From an uncultured Candidatus Bathyarchaeia archaeon (GTDB taxonomy: Archaea > Thermoproteota > Bathyarchaeia > TCS64 > B23): DNA of 64,000 nt. The notes under the pieces were generated by a model, which worked only from the letters and a program-made list of their open reading frames with translations, ran no database searches and was not told the origin of the DNA. Numbering within the stretch: the stretch's first letter is position 1; each line of letters starts with the position of its first letter. Positions 45,900 through 55,425 of this stretch are shown here, one piece after another. The DNA lies in NCBI GenBank assembly GCA_964525955.1, contig CAZGKJ010000001.1, positions 4,069 through 68,068 of the forward strand, written 5' to 3'. Made by a program: the position numbers and the translations under genes.

Positions 45900-47239
45900 G
45901 CGATCTAAGGGGCTTCCTCAGGGAGCTTGACTCGAGGGGGGAGCTCCTCCACATAGATGAGGAGCTATCAACCCGATTCGAGGTCGCCGCCGTTATGAAG
46001 CATCTCGACGGCAGACCCCTCCTATTCACGAGGATCGAGGGCTATGAGAGCAGAATCGCTGCGGGTCTCTGCTCCAATAGGCGTCTAATCCAAGAGGCCT
46101 TAGGCGTTGAGGGCCTGGAGCTCTATGAGAGACTCCTCTCAGCCGTGAGGAATCCGAGGAGATGCGAAGTCGGCGACGGCCCCGTGAAGGAGAGAGCGGT
46201 GGATAGGCCAAGGCTGAGCCAATTCCCCATCCTCACCCACTTCGAGGGGGATCCAGGCCCCTACATCACATCGGCAGCCCTCTACGCCAGGACTCCCGAC
46301 GGCGAGATAGAAAACGTCTCCATACATCGCCTCCTCGTCCTCGACGACCATAGATTGACCCTCAGGATAGTTCCAAGACATCTCTATCGAATCGTTGAGG
46401 CGGCGAGGGAGGGCGGCGTAGAGAGCATAGATGTCAGCATCTCCATAGGGCTTCACCCAGCCATTCTCCTCGCAGCGTCGACGCCCGCCCCCTACGGAGT
46501 CTCGGAGTTCGATGTGGCCAACGCCCTCCTGGATGGAGGCCTCAAACTGACGGAGTGTGAGCATATCGACGCCCTGGCTCCGGCTGACGCAGAGCTGGTT
46601 TTAGAGGGGCGTTTGAAGGTGGATGAGACTGCTGTTGAGGGGCCCTTCGTCGATTTGACTGGAACCTACGACGTTGAGCGGAGTCAGCCGGTCATCGAGG
46701 TTGTCGGAGCCATGTATAGGGCTGACTACATCTATCAGGCACTCCTCCCCTCCGGGATGGAGCATCGCCTATTGATGGGCCTCCCCAGGGAGGCTAAGAT
46801 ATGGGACTACGTCCGAGGTGTGACGCCTCATGTCAGGGGTGTAAACCTCACATCTGGGGGATGTGGATGGCTCCACTGCGTCGTCAGCATCCGGAAGGTT
46901 CGGGAGGGAGACCCTAAGAATGTTTTGATGGCCGTCTTCGCAGCCCATCCAAGCCTTAAGCACGCCGTCGTCGTCGATGAGGACATCGACCCCTACAACC
47001 CTGAGGAGGTTGAGTGGGCCATAGCGACGAGATTCAGGGGTGATGAGGATCTGTTGATCATACCTCATGTCAGGGTTTCAAGCCTCGATCCGGCTTCGGA
47101 TCAGAGGCTTGAGCTCGGCTGTAAGGTGGGCGTCGACGCCACGAGGCCGCTGTCTAAGCCTGAACGCCACTTTAAGAGGGCTGAGATACCTGTTTCGGAG
47201 CGTGTTAGACGGCTTTTGGGGAGGCTGGGATGTATCTAA
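45896..47239 (+). CDS. UbiD-family decarboxylase, probable trans-anhydromevalonate-5-phosphate decarboxylase of the archaeal mevalonate pathway
   Basis: It has a UbiD-family N-terminus ('...LLHIDEELSTRFEVAAVMKHLDGRPLLFTRIEGY...'). It lies immediately upstream of the AcnX large and small subunits, the pairing described for the archaeal-type mevalonate pathway. Confidence 0.65.
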   Translation: MSDLRGFLRELDSRGELLHIDEELSTRFEVAAVMKHLDGRPLLFTRIEGYESRIAAGLCSNRRLIQEALGVEGLELYERLLSAVRNPRRCEVGDGPVKERAVDRPRLSQFPILTHFEGDPGPYITSAALYARTPDGEIENVSIHRLLVLDDHRLTLRIVPRHLYRIVEAAREGGVESIDVSISIGLHPAILLAASTPAPYGVSEFDVANALLDGGLKLTECEHIDALAPADAELVLEGRLKVDETAVEGPFVDLTGTYDVERSQPVIEVVGAMYRADYIYQALLPSGMEHRLLMGLPREAKIWDYVRGVTPHVRGVNLTSGGCGWLHCVVSIRKVREGDPKNVLMAVFAAHPSLKHAVVVDEDIDPYNPEEVEWAIATRFRGDEDLLIIPHVRVSSLDPASDQRLELGCKVGVDATRPLSKPERHFKRAEIPVSERVRRLLGRLGCI

Positions 47240-48420
47240 CCCGACTTGAGGAGGAGATGCTTGAAGGCGAGATGGGGGAGGCCGTGGCGAGGGCCATGAG
47301 CCTCCTCGTCGCCCTCGGGGAGGTCTTCGAGGCTGAGAGGCTAATCGAAGTGGAGAGCGCCCACATCTCAGGAGTCTCCTATAAGAATCTCGGCGAAGCT
47401 GGATTGGAGTATCTCGAGGAGCAGGCTGAGCTGGGGGCCCATGTGCGTATAAGGGCGACGCTCAACCCAGCTGGAATGGACTTGGAGCGGTGGGGGGAGA
47501 TGGGTGTCTCCCCTGAATTCGCTGAGGGTCAGCTTAGGGTGATCGAGGCCTATAGGCGTATGGGCGTTGAGGCCACCTGCACCTGTACACCCTATCTCAT
47601 AGGTCATAGGCCGAGGGCTGGAAGCCAGGTCGCCTGGGCTGAGTCCTCAGCCGTCGCCTACGCCAACTCCGTTCTCGGCGCCAGAACTAATAGGGAGACT
47701 GGGCCTACAGCCCTCGCCTCAGCTATCACGGGTAGGGCTCCTCTACACGGATATCGATTGGAGGAGAATAGGAGGCCGAGCATCATCATCGATGTGAAGG
47801 CCCACCTCAGCTCCAAATTCGATTATGGAGCCCTCGGCTACCTCATCGGAGAGATCGCAGGTCGAAGCGTCCCCTACATCAGGGGTTTGAGGGGTGCAAG
47901 CATAGAGCAGCTTAAAGCCCTCTCAGCGGCCATAGCCACCTCAGGTGGTGTGGCCCTCTACCACATCGAGGGCTTAACCCCCGAGGCCAGGAGGATGACT
48001 CGACACCTTGGGGATTTGGAGCATATACCAATAAAGCCCGACGGCCTGAGGGAGGTGGCTGAACGCTTCCAGGGGGCTGGGGAGGAGGCCATAATCTGCG
48101 TCGGCTGCCCCCACTGCAGCCTCAGGGAGCTGATGGAGGTCGCCATGCTGCTGGAGCGTCGAAGCTGTGAGAGGTTATGGGTCTTCACAAGCAGGGATGT
48201 CTACATGAAGGCTGAGCGGCTGGGCATAGTCAGGGCCATCGAGGAGGCTGGGGGCAGGGTCTACCGGGATACCTGCATGGTGGTTGCGCCTCTTAGGGAG
48301 ATGGGGTGGAGGGAGGTGGCGACGAACAGCTTTAAGGCGGCCCACTACCTCTCCTCCATGGGCCTCACGGTTCAGGTTGCGCCTCTAAGGGAGCTTCTGG
48401 GGAGGGGTCATGAGGATTAG
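47230..48420 (+). CDS. Aconitase X catalytic (large) subunit, probable phosphomevalonate dehydratase large subunit
   Basis: AcnX/DUF521-like sequence ('...AHISGVSYKNLGEAGLEYLEE...CTCTPYL...'). Confidence 0.65.
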   Translation: MYLTRLEEEMLEGEMGEAVARAMSLLVALGEVFEAERLIEVESAHISGVSYKNLGEAGLEYLEEQAELGAHVRIRATLNPAGMDLERWGEMGVSPEFAEGQLRVIEAYRRMGVEATCTCTPYLIGHRPRAGSQVAWAESSAVAYANSVLGARTNRETGPTALASAITGRAPLHGYRLEENRRPSIIIDVKAHLSSKFDYGALGYLIGEIAGRSVPYIRGLRGASIEQLKALSAAIATSGGVALYHIEGLTPEARRMTRHLGDLEHIPIKPDGLREVAERFQGAGEEAIICVGCPHCSLRELMEVAMLLERRSCERLWVFTSRDVYMKAERLGIVRAIEEAGGRVYRDTCMVVAPLREMGWREVATNSFKAAHYLSSMGLTVQVAPLRELLGRGHED

Positions 48421-48805
48421 GGGTAGAAGGATAGTCGGCGGATACGCTGAGGGGGAGGCCATAATAAGCGGCGCACCCTTCAGCTTCTACGGCGGCGTAG
48501 ACCCCGACACAGGTGTCATAACTGAGCCTGGCCATCCCCTTGAGGGTGAGAGCATAGCTGGAAAGGTCTTCATCTTCCCCCATGGGAGGGGAAGCACCGT
48601 TGGCTGCTACATAATCTATCGTATGCATCGTCGGGGGACGGCTCCGGCGGCCATCATAAACCTGGAGACGGAGACGATCATCGCCACGGGATGCGCCATG
48701 GCTGGAATCCCACTTATGGATCGCCTTGAGGAGAATCCGTTGAGGCTGCTTAGGAACGGTGATCTCGTCGCCGTCAACGCCGATGAGGGATATATAGAGA
48801 TTTAG
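48410..48805 (+). CDS. Aconitase X swivel (small) subunit, probable phosphomevalonate dehydratase small subunit
   Basis: DUF126-like sequence ('...GEAIISGAPFSFYGGVDPDTGVI...GKVFIFPHGRGSTVG...'). Confidence 0.65.
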   Translation: MRIRGRRIVGGYAEGEAIISGAPFSFYGGVDPDTGVITEPGHPLEGESIAGKVFIFPHGRGSTVGCYIIYRMHRRGTAPAAIINLETETIIATGCAMAGIPLMDRLEENPLRLLRNGDLVAVNADEGYIEI

Positions 48806-50055
48806 CCAAAGGCCTCGAGGAGTTTTCCCGCTTCTCTCCTGACCTTATCCAAGTCCTCAGCCCTACAATAGACCCTGAGGATGTTTATATATCCCAGTAG
48901 GATGGGGGCGAGGGGTGAGACATCGCTGAAGTTTACACATCTCTTCGAGCCGTCGGGTTCCCTGATGAACAGCCTGATCTCCTCCGGCCTACTGCTTCCA
49001 GGGTTGTAGGGGACTGATGGGGCTGTTGAGACGTCGATGATGAGGAAGCGGCAATCGGCTCCAGCCTCCTCAGCCAGTCTCTCCTCAAGCTCCTTCCTCG
49101 TCTCCCCTCTCAGCCTAAGGCTTTGGATCTCCTCCTCCCCGAGGAAGCGTTCATAGGCGCATTTCAGCAGCCTCCTCCCCCTCAGCATCTCAGCCATCCT
49201 CCTCGCCGTCTCCAGCTCCTCATCGCCTCTCAGGCTTAGGAGCATGGATAGAACCCCCTCATCGTCGAGTTTGAGGTAGTCGTCGAGGGATTTGAATTCG
49301 GTTAGGCTGAGGGCTTCATCAGCCAGCTCCAACGCCCTGATAAGCATCACCGATGCAGATCTAACCGTTCTGTGGAAGTAGACGGCCTTGAACATCTCAT
49401 ATCTTGCGATGAGGAAGGCTTCAAGGGCGTAGAGGGCCGCTATATCCATGGAGAGAACTCCGTCTAAGACGTCGACCGAGTCTATAAGCCTACGGACGTC
49501 AACCCTTCCATACTCGACGCCGGTGTAGTAGCTGTCCCTGACGAGGTAGTCAAGTGTATCGGCGCTGAACTGACCGGCCACAACCTGATTGAGGAAGCCC
49601 CTGCCAGGGAGCTGGCCAACCGAGAGCTCCGAGACCTCGGAGGGTTTGAAGCCATAGTCTTTGAGGACGTCGGCGATCATCGTCTCCCCTATGATTCTAC
49701 GCCCCATACCCTCGTGGCTCAGCCCCTTTTTCTCGAGGAGCTCCTCGAAGAGGTGGCTGAAGGGGCCGTGTCCGACGTCGTGGAGCAATCCAGCCAATCT
49801 GAGAAGCCTCACATCATCTTCCTCTATGAGGCCGAGGTCTCTGAGCCGTTCGCCGAAGAGTCCTGATAGATGCATGACTCCAAGGCTGTGCTGAAACCTG
49901 CTATGCTCAGCCCCCGGATAGGTTAGATAGGCCACCCCAAGCTGCCTTATACGCCTCAACCTCTGAACCGGCCAGGTATCGAGAACCCCCCTCTCAGCCT
50001 CCGATAGCTCTATGTAGCCGTGTATGGGGTCTTTGATTTCCCCCCACTTCATCAC
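48802..50055 (-). CDS. HD-domain phosphohydrolase (dNTP triphosphohydrolase-like)
   Basis: HD motif 'FQHSLGV...LHDVGHGPFSH'. Confidence 0.7.
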   Translation of the reverse strand: MMKWGEIKDPIHGYIELSEAERGVLDTWPVQRLRRIRQLGVAYLTYPGAEHSRFQHSLGVMHLSGLFGERLRDLGLIEEDDVRLLRLAGLLHDVGHGPFSHLFEELLEKKGLSHEGMGRRIIGETMIADVLKDYGFKPSEVSELSVGQLPGRGFLNQVVAGQFSADTLDYLVRDSYYTGVEYGRVDVRRLIDSVDVLDGVLSMDIAALYALEAFLIARYEMFKAVYFHRTVRSASVMLIRALELADEALSLTEFKSLDDYLKLDDEGVLSMLLSLRGDEELETARRMAEMLRGRRLLKCAYERFLGEEEIQSLRLRGETRKELEERLAEEAGADCRFLIIDVSTAPSVPYNPGSSRPEEIRLFIREPDGSKRCVNFSDVSPLAPILLGYINILRVYCRAEDLDKVRREAGKLLEAFG

Positions 50056-50093
50056 TCACCTTTACCCTCCGAGACCTTTAAAGCTGCTCAAAG

Positions 50094-50726
50094 ATGTTTT
50101 ATCCATCTCCGTCGACTCCCTATGGGATGACCCCTCGACGTGGACTCTTCATCGTCCTCGAGGGAGTAGATGGCTGCGGCAAATCTACTCAGGGGAGACT
50201 TCTCGCCGAGAGGTTGAGGGGGCTGGGCTACGAGGTGGTGGAGACCCATGAACCCAGCGACGGCCCAATCGGCCGTCTGCTCAGGGAGAGGAGTGAGGAG
50301 GGCCTCCGATTCCCTCCATTGGTGGAGGCGCTTCTATACGCCGCCGATAGGCTCCACCACGTTGAGGAGGTTGTCAAGCCAGCTTTGAGGGCTGGATGTA
50401 TAGTGGTCTCTGAACGCTATTTCCACTCCTCCATCGCATATCAGGGTGCTGGAGGCGTCGATGTCGATTGGATTAGGATGCTGAACCGCTATGCGCTGAG
50501 GCCTGATCTCGTCGTTTTCCTCGATGTGGAGCCTGAGACGGCTCTTGAGAGGTTGAGGGATAGGCGTCTAACGGCCTATGAGGACTATGAGACCCAGAGG
50601 AGGGTGAGGGAGATATATCTAAGGCTTGTTGAGGCTGGGGAGCTGGTTAGGGTTGATGCGGAGAGGCCTGTTGAGGAGGTTCATGAGGAGCTCTTCAAAC
50701 TCGTTATGGAGCTGATGAGACGTTGA
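50094..50726 (+). CDS. tmk: Thymidylate kinase
   Basis: P-loop 'LEGVDGCGKSTQ' and a DRY-like motif ('ADRLHH'). The likely start is the internal Met ~50127. Confidence 0.8.
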   Translation: MFYPSPSTPYGMTPRRGLFIVLEGVDGCGKSTQGRLLAERLRGLGYEVVETHEPSDGPIGRLLRERSEEGLRFPPLVEALLYAADRLHHVEEVVKPALRAGCIVVSERYFHSSIAYQGAGGVDVDWIRMLNRYALRPDLVVFLDVEPETALERLRDRRLTAYEDYETQRRVREIYLRLVEAGELVRVDAERPVEEVHEELFKLVMELMRR

Positions 50727-50730
50727 GATT

Positions 50731-51081
50731 CTACTTCTTCAGCCTCCTAAGCCTCTGGAGCGATGTCAGGAGCGTTGAGATGGATTCAGCTATCTCCCTG
50801 ATCCTCTCCGGCTCTTCTTCCTCTGATAGGAGGCCGCTCAGCCTCGACAGCTTCCTGAGGATGGCTCCCTCAAGGTTCTCCCATAGGAGCTCCCGTTGGA
50901 CGACGGCTGTCTCATCTTCACCTTCCCTCAATATGATGACTCGCTTCTGGCATCTGGCGCACCATATCTCACCGCTCTTCAACCTGAATAGGGGCGATCC
51001 GCATTCTGGGCAGTTGTAGCTGAGCATCGTCGCCCCTGAGCGTAGGAGTTTAGCCATCTCCCTTGCCCAGTCGGATGACAA
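50731..51081 (-). CDS. Zn-ribbon protein of the autoantigen-p27/UPF0148 family
   Basis: 'YNCPECGSPLFRLKSGEIWCARCQ' ribbon followed by a helical tail. Confidence 0.45.
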   Translation of the reverse strand: MSSDWAREMAKLLRSGATMLSYNCPECGSPLFRLKSGEIWCARCQKRVIILREGEDETAVVQRELLWENLEGAILRKLSRLSGLLSEEEEPERIREIAESISTLLTSLQRLRRLKK

Positions 51082-51140
51082 CTCTAGCCAACTCGATATG
51101 GTCTGAGACCCTTTATAGGTTTAGGGTTTGGAAAAAGGGG

Positions 51141-52307
51141 TTAGGCCTTAAGGGCCTTCACGTAGTCCTCTATCCTATTGGCCGCCTCCTCCAACACCTC
51201 TATCGGCTTGACGAGGGGTATTCGGACATGCCCCTCACCGTGGGGGCCGAAGGCGGCTCCTGGGACTATGGCCACCCTCTTCTTCTCCATCAAGTCCTCG
51301 CAGAACTTGAAGCTGGACTTTGAGACCTCTGAGATGTCTGGGAAGAGGTAGAAGGCCCCCTCAGGCTTTGGGCAGTTGATTCCCTCTATCTCGTTTAGGC
51401 GTTTAACGAGATACTCCCTCCGCCTATTATACTCCTCAGCCATCTTCTCTATCGGCTCCCATGGCCCAGTTAGGGCTGCCACCCCTGCGACCTGGACGTG
51501 GGCCGCTGGGCATAGAACCATGTTTCCCTGTATCTTCAGCATCTGCTCTACGAGGCCTCCAGGGGCGATGAGGTAGCCGAGCCTCCAACCCGTCATGGCG
51601 AAGGTCTTTGAGAAGCTTACAACCACGACCGTCCTCTCCTTCATCCCAGGTATGGAGGCTATGCTCACAAATCTTCGACCATCCCAGATGAATTCGCTGT
51701 ATATCTCATCTGAGATGATGAGGAGGTCATGCTCCTCGGCTAGGTCTGCCACCCCTTTAAGCTCCTCCTCCGTGAAGACCGTCCCCGTCGGGTTGTTTGG
51801 GGAGCAGAGGATGATTATCTTCGTCTTATCCGTTATCCTGGCCTTAATCTCCTCGAGGTCGAGGTGGAAGCCCTCCGCCTTGAGGGGGAATCTCACCGGC
51901 TTTCCACCAAGGAATCTCACCGTTGGGACGTAAATCAGATAGCTTGGATCGGGGATGAGAGCCTCATCTCCAGGCTCAACGGTGGAGGCGAGGGTGAGAT
52001 ACAGCGCCTGCTGGCTTCCAGGGGTGACTATAACCTCCCTCTCCGGATCGACCTCTACGCTGAACTTCTTATAGTAGGCCGCTATGGCCTCCCTGAGTTG
52101 GGGTATGCCCTGAGTCGGCGTGTAGTGGGTCATCCCCTCCCTCAGAGCCTTGACGGCCGCCTCGACGATGTGGCTGGGCGTCGGGAAGTCTGGGTCTCCA
52201 CCTGCGAGGACGACGACATCCTTCAGCATCATGAGGGCCGCTGCAAGCCTCCTAATCAGCGATGGCTCCATCTCCCTTAGAACCTTCACCGCCCACCGCT
52301 CACTCAT
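51141..52307 (-). CDS. Class I/II PLP-dependent aminotransferase (aspartate aminotransferase-like)
   Basis: '...CSPNNPTG...' and 'SFSKTFAMTGWRLGY', the PLP-lysine motif region. Confidence 0.8.
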   Translation of the reverse strand: MSERWAVKVLREMEPSLIRRLAAALMMLKDVVVLAGGDPDFPTPSHIVEAAVKALREGMTHYTPTQGIPQLREAIAAYYKKFSVEVDPEREVIVTPGSQQALYLTLASTVEPGDEALIPDPSYLIYVPTVRFLGGKPVRFPLKAEGFHLDLEEIKARITDKTKIIILCSPNNPTGTVFTEEELKGVADLAEEHDLLIISDEIYSEFIWDGRRFVSIASIPGMKERTVVVVSFSKTFAMTGWRLGYLIAPGGLVEQMLKIQGNMVLCPAAHVQVAGVAALTGPWEPIEKMAEEYNRRREYLVKRLNEIEGINCPKPEGAFYLFPDISEVSKSSFKFCEDLMEKKRVAIVPGAAFGPHGEGHVRIPLVKPIEVLEEAANRIEDYVKALKA

Positions 52308-52340
52308 GGGGCTCCCTCAGATGGAGTCCTCGAGGCCCTA

Positions 52341-53216
52341 TTAAAGCTGTCGAGTTCTACTCCTCCAGAGGCTTAGCCTCCTCTCAGCCTCTGCTCTATG
52401 CTCCCTTATGAGGTTTGGAAGCCTCCTCACCAGGTTGAGGTTCTCCTCCAACCTCCCCCGGTATAGCTCACCGAGCCTTGGGTGGAGCTCCTCCAGCAGC
52501 CTGAGGCATCTCCGACCCATGGAGACGGCCTCCGGGCAGCTTGGGCTGCAGGGGAAGAAGTAGGAGACGAAGTAGGCCATGGCATTCGCTTCGCCCTCCT
52601 CCAGCTGTCTATAGGCTCTCTCCTCAACCTCTAAGCCCATGGATCTCTCCCTGGCGTATCGCTCCACGCAGCATTGAGGGTATCCGAGGAGTCTCCCCAT
52701 CTCAGCAACCCAATCGGCCTCAAGCTCCTCTGGATATGCCAGATATATGCCGAGGCCTCTCGGCCTCTTCATGGCCTCTCTCCTCAGCCTCTCCCTCCTA
52801 TCCATAAGCCTCCTCAGCCTCTTCTCGACGCCTCTCTCCCTGTATAGGTAGAGCTCCCTAACCGTCGGCCTCACCTCGTCTACCCGCCATCTGAGGCCGA
52901 GGCGCTCAGCCCATCCTATATGGGCCTTATACTCCTCCGAGGCCTCAACAACCTCTCTGTATGCCCTCCGCATGGCCCTCTTCACATCCCTGATGGCTCC
53001 TCTATCACCCCTCCTAATCCTTAGGAGGGTTGGATAGATCCTCTCGTCGATTATTCTCCCCATCTCCCCTCCGCTTGGGAGCTCGGCGGGTATGGTTATC
53101 TGGGAGCAGGGTCTGACGCCGAGGTAGACGAGTAGATAGTCCTCCAGCTTCACGCCGAGCCTCAGCCTACCGTCTTCGAGGAGCTCCTCCACGTCTCCCT
53201 CATCTAATCTCTTCAC
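52341..53216 (-). CDS. DUF483-family protein
   Basis: Conserved 'GYPQCCVERY' plus additional Cys ('FFPCSPSCPEA'). Confidence 0.4.
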   Translation of the reverse strand: MKRLDEGDVEELLEDGRLRLGVKLEDYLLVYLGVRPCSQITIPAELPSGGEMGRIIDERIYPTLLRIRRGDRGAIRDVKRAMRRAYREVVEASEEYKAHIGWAERLGLRWRVDEVRPTVRELYLYRERGVEKRLRRLMDRRERLRREAMKRPRGLGIYLAYPEELEADWVAEMGRLLGYPQCCVERYARERSMGLEVEERAYRQLEEGEANAMAYFVSYFFPCSPSCPEAVSMGRRCLRLLEELHPRLGELYRGRLEENLNLVRRLPNLIREHRAEAERRLSLWRSRTRQL

Positions 53217-53279
53217 ATCTGGAATGTCATCTAACTCCTTAATAGTTGATGTGAAAACAAAGGGGGTTTTTCAGGCCCT

Positions 53280-53930
53280 TTACATGGGTGCTATCTTCAG
53301 GACTTGGAGGAAGAACTGCGCCCTGCCGGAGAGCATCGCCATCCTGAAGAGGACGGTGTTGCCGAAGTATGCTCCAAGGCCGATCATGATGATCCAGCGT
53401 CCAAGCCTCGTCGCATAGCCCATTCCACCCCTATGCTCCCATGTCAGGACGAAGTACATGACGGCGCAGATGGTTCCTATCGCTATGTAGATGTAGTTCC
53501 ACCAGTCAACAGCCCCCGCCCCAGTGGCCGGCGGGGTGATCGTCGAGATCACCTGGTTTGTGATGTTGGGTATGAGGACTCCCCTCATACCGAGTCCGAA
53601 GCCGGCTCCTACGAGGATGGCGATTGGATATCGGCTTATCCACCTATACTTCGGCGTCAATAGGAAGAACATCATGAAGCCGAGGATGATGGGTATGACG
53701 TACCAGACCTTCCCCTGCATTAGAGGCGGCCCAACCATCCTTATCGTCGTCGTAATCGTCGTCCTCACGAGCATGATGGCCAGCATCAATCCGACGTAGG
53801 TGTGCTCCGCGAACCTGAAGGCAGGATTCTCCTTATACAGCGGGTAGCTGTAGATCATCAGCATCAGCAGCCATGCAATCCACAGGCCAGCGATTCCAGC
53901 TGGATCGGTTGGGTAGGGCATCCACCTCAC
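53280..53930 (-). CDS. Uncharacterized polytopic membrane protein, cassette A subunit 4/4 (paralog of 61190..61816)
   Basis: About 6 hydrophobic helices. The motifs 'FRFAEHTY', 'PKYRWISRYPIAILVGAGFGLGMRG' and 'GRWIIM...YFGNT' are shared with the cassette-B protein. Its stop overlaps the upstream gene. Confidence 0.5.
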   Translation of the reverse strand: MRWMPYPTDPAGIAGLWIAWLLMLMIYSYPLYKENPAFRFAEHTYVGLMLAIMLVRTTITTTIRMVGPPLMQGKVWYVIPIILGFMMFFLLTPKYRWISRYPIAILVGAGFGLGMRGVLIPNITNQVISTITPPATGAGAVDWWNYIYIAIGTICAVMYFVLTWEHRGGMGYATRLGRWIIMIGLGAYFGNTVLFRMAMLSGRAQFFLQVLKIAPM

Positions 53931-54766
53931 CTCCTCCTACCCCTGCTGGCGAAGTAGCCGATGTTCGCCAGCACTACGGCTATGATGACGAGGATGTGGG
54001 AGATGTTTATGGCTCCCATCCTGATGGTTGCCTCACCAGGCTCTCCGATGAGCTTCTCCAATTCAGCTCCTCCCCTGACTCCGACGCTCATACCGAAGAG
54101 GACTCCGGACTTGTAGAAGGGCATGTAGCTGGAGCCCAGCATCGCGATCCCTATCTCGGCGACGGGTACACCATAGGGGATGCGCCACTGCCTGATGTAG
54201 TAGTCGCAGACGTCGCCGGTGTCTCCGGAGAGAACCAGCTTGATATCCGTCGCCTTGTCGACGTTCTTCATCATCGGAATCTCGTCGAGGGGCGTCCCAT
54301 AGTTATCCGTCTCGAATATGCTTCTAATCGAGGAGGCGAGCTGGGCTACGGCCGCCTCCTGGTAGGGGTAGTATCCAAGGTAGACGTAGTCCTCTCCATA
54401 CTTTAGGTCCTTGAAGTAGTCCTCGCACCTCCTCAGAACCTCCTCATAGCTCAGGTCGACGTCGTAGTAGGCTCCCCAGAAGATGATCTTGGCGCCCTCC
54501 TTTATCAGGAGCTTTGTGCAGGCGGCGAAGGCTGGCATACACTCAGGCCAGGCGCTCACTCCGAAGGCTATATTCATCACGACTACGTCTCCAGGCTCCA
54601 CCATCTCTATTATGCCCTCATAGAGGTCTCTGGTGGATGGGCTGATGCTGATGGGGAACATGATGGGCCTGATGAAGGGTATCATGAGGCCGATGAACAG
54701 TATCCAGTAGAAGACTCGGCGATCAATCCTCGCCAGCTTCTCCCAGAAGGTGAGCTCCTCACTCAT
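53927..54766 (-). CDS. Uncharacterized bitopic membrane protein (N- and C-terminal TM, central soluble domain), cassette A subunit 3/4 (paralog of 61813..62655)
   Basis: Hydrophobic N-terminus 'VFYWILFIGLMIPFI' and C-terminus 'ILVIIAVVLANIGYF'. The central domain aligns along its length with the cassette-B protein. Confidence 0.5.
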   Translation of the reverse strand: MSEELTFWEKLARIDRRVFYWILFIGLMIPFIRPIMFPISISPSTRDLYEGIIEMVEPGDVVVMNIAFGVSAWPECMPAFAACTKLLIKEGAKIIFWGAYYDVDLSYEEVLRRCEDYFKDLKYGEDYVYLGYYPYQEAAVAQLASSIRSIFETDNYGTPLDEIPMMKNVDKATDIKLVLSGDTGDVCDYYIRQWRIPYGVPVAEIGIAMLGSSYMPFYKSGVLFGMSVGVRGGAELEKLIGEPGEATIRMGAINISHILVIIAVVLANIGYFASRGRRR

Positions 54767-55425
54767 TCACCAGCCACCTCCCCATAGAATCCTCTCTCCC
54801 TGCCCAGCAGCGCCCTGAATCCGTAGGCGAGCATGCCGAAGGCTGCGACGATTAGGAAGCATCTCATCCCAGGCACCTGACCATAGTCGAGGAACCATCG
54901 CCCTATCACCGGTATGCCGCTCCAGATGACTCCCCCTATCGGGGCGTTGGTTAGGATGACGAAGCAGCCTGCGATGAGCAGCAGGGCCGCATCTATGTTC
55001 CTCGCCCTGAAGGCCCTGTAGGCGGCTGAGAAGATGTAGAATCCCGTGATGGCGTATAGAGTTTGGCCCAGGCTTGTGTAAGGCCACGTGAAGAGCCAGT
55101 TGTAGAGGAGGTTAGTCATGGCATCCTGCTTTGTGACATAGCCCGCGAGGCCACTGAAGAGAGTGATGAGGAAGATGATCCATAGCCAGATACTGAAGGG
55201 CCATAGTCCAGCCCTCCTCTTCTGGATGTTCTTGGCATGCTCAGACAGCAGCCTTATGGCTCCCAATGCGATGGAGATGTTCGCGATGATGGTGGCCCAG
55301 GTTCGAAGCTCCTCAGCGACGTTCCAGGTGCCTATGAAGAAGAACTCTATGAACATCAGTATGGTGACTATGGCGGTTATGAGGTAGACAACCTCCCTCC
55401 TCAAAACCTCAGCCATATTCACCAC
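54763..55425 (-). CDS. Uncharacterized polytopic membrane protein, cassette A subunit 2/4 (paralog of 62658..63293)
   Basis: About 6 hydrophobic helices. 'AYRAFRARNIDAALLL' is matched by 'AYKALRIRNIDSLFLF' in cassette B. Confidence 0.5.
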   Translation of the reverse strand: MVNMAEVLRREVVYLITAIVTILMFIEFFFIGTWNVAEELRTWATIIANISIALGAIRLLSEHAKNIQKRRAGLWPFSIWLWIIFLITLFSGLAGYVTKQDAMTNLLYNWLFTWPYTSLGQTLYAITGFYIFSAAYRAFRARNIDAALLLIAGCFVILTNAPIGGVIWSGIPVIGRWFLDYGQVPGMRCFLIVAAFGMLAYGFRALLGRERGFYGEVAGE

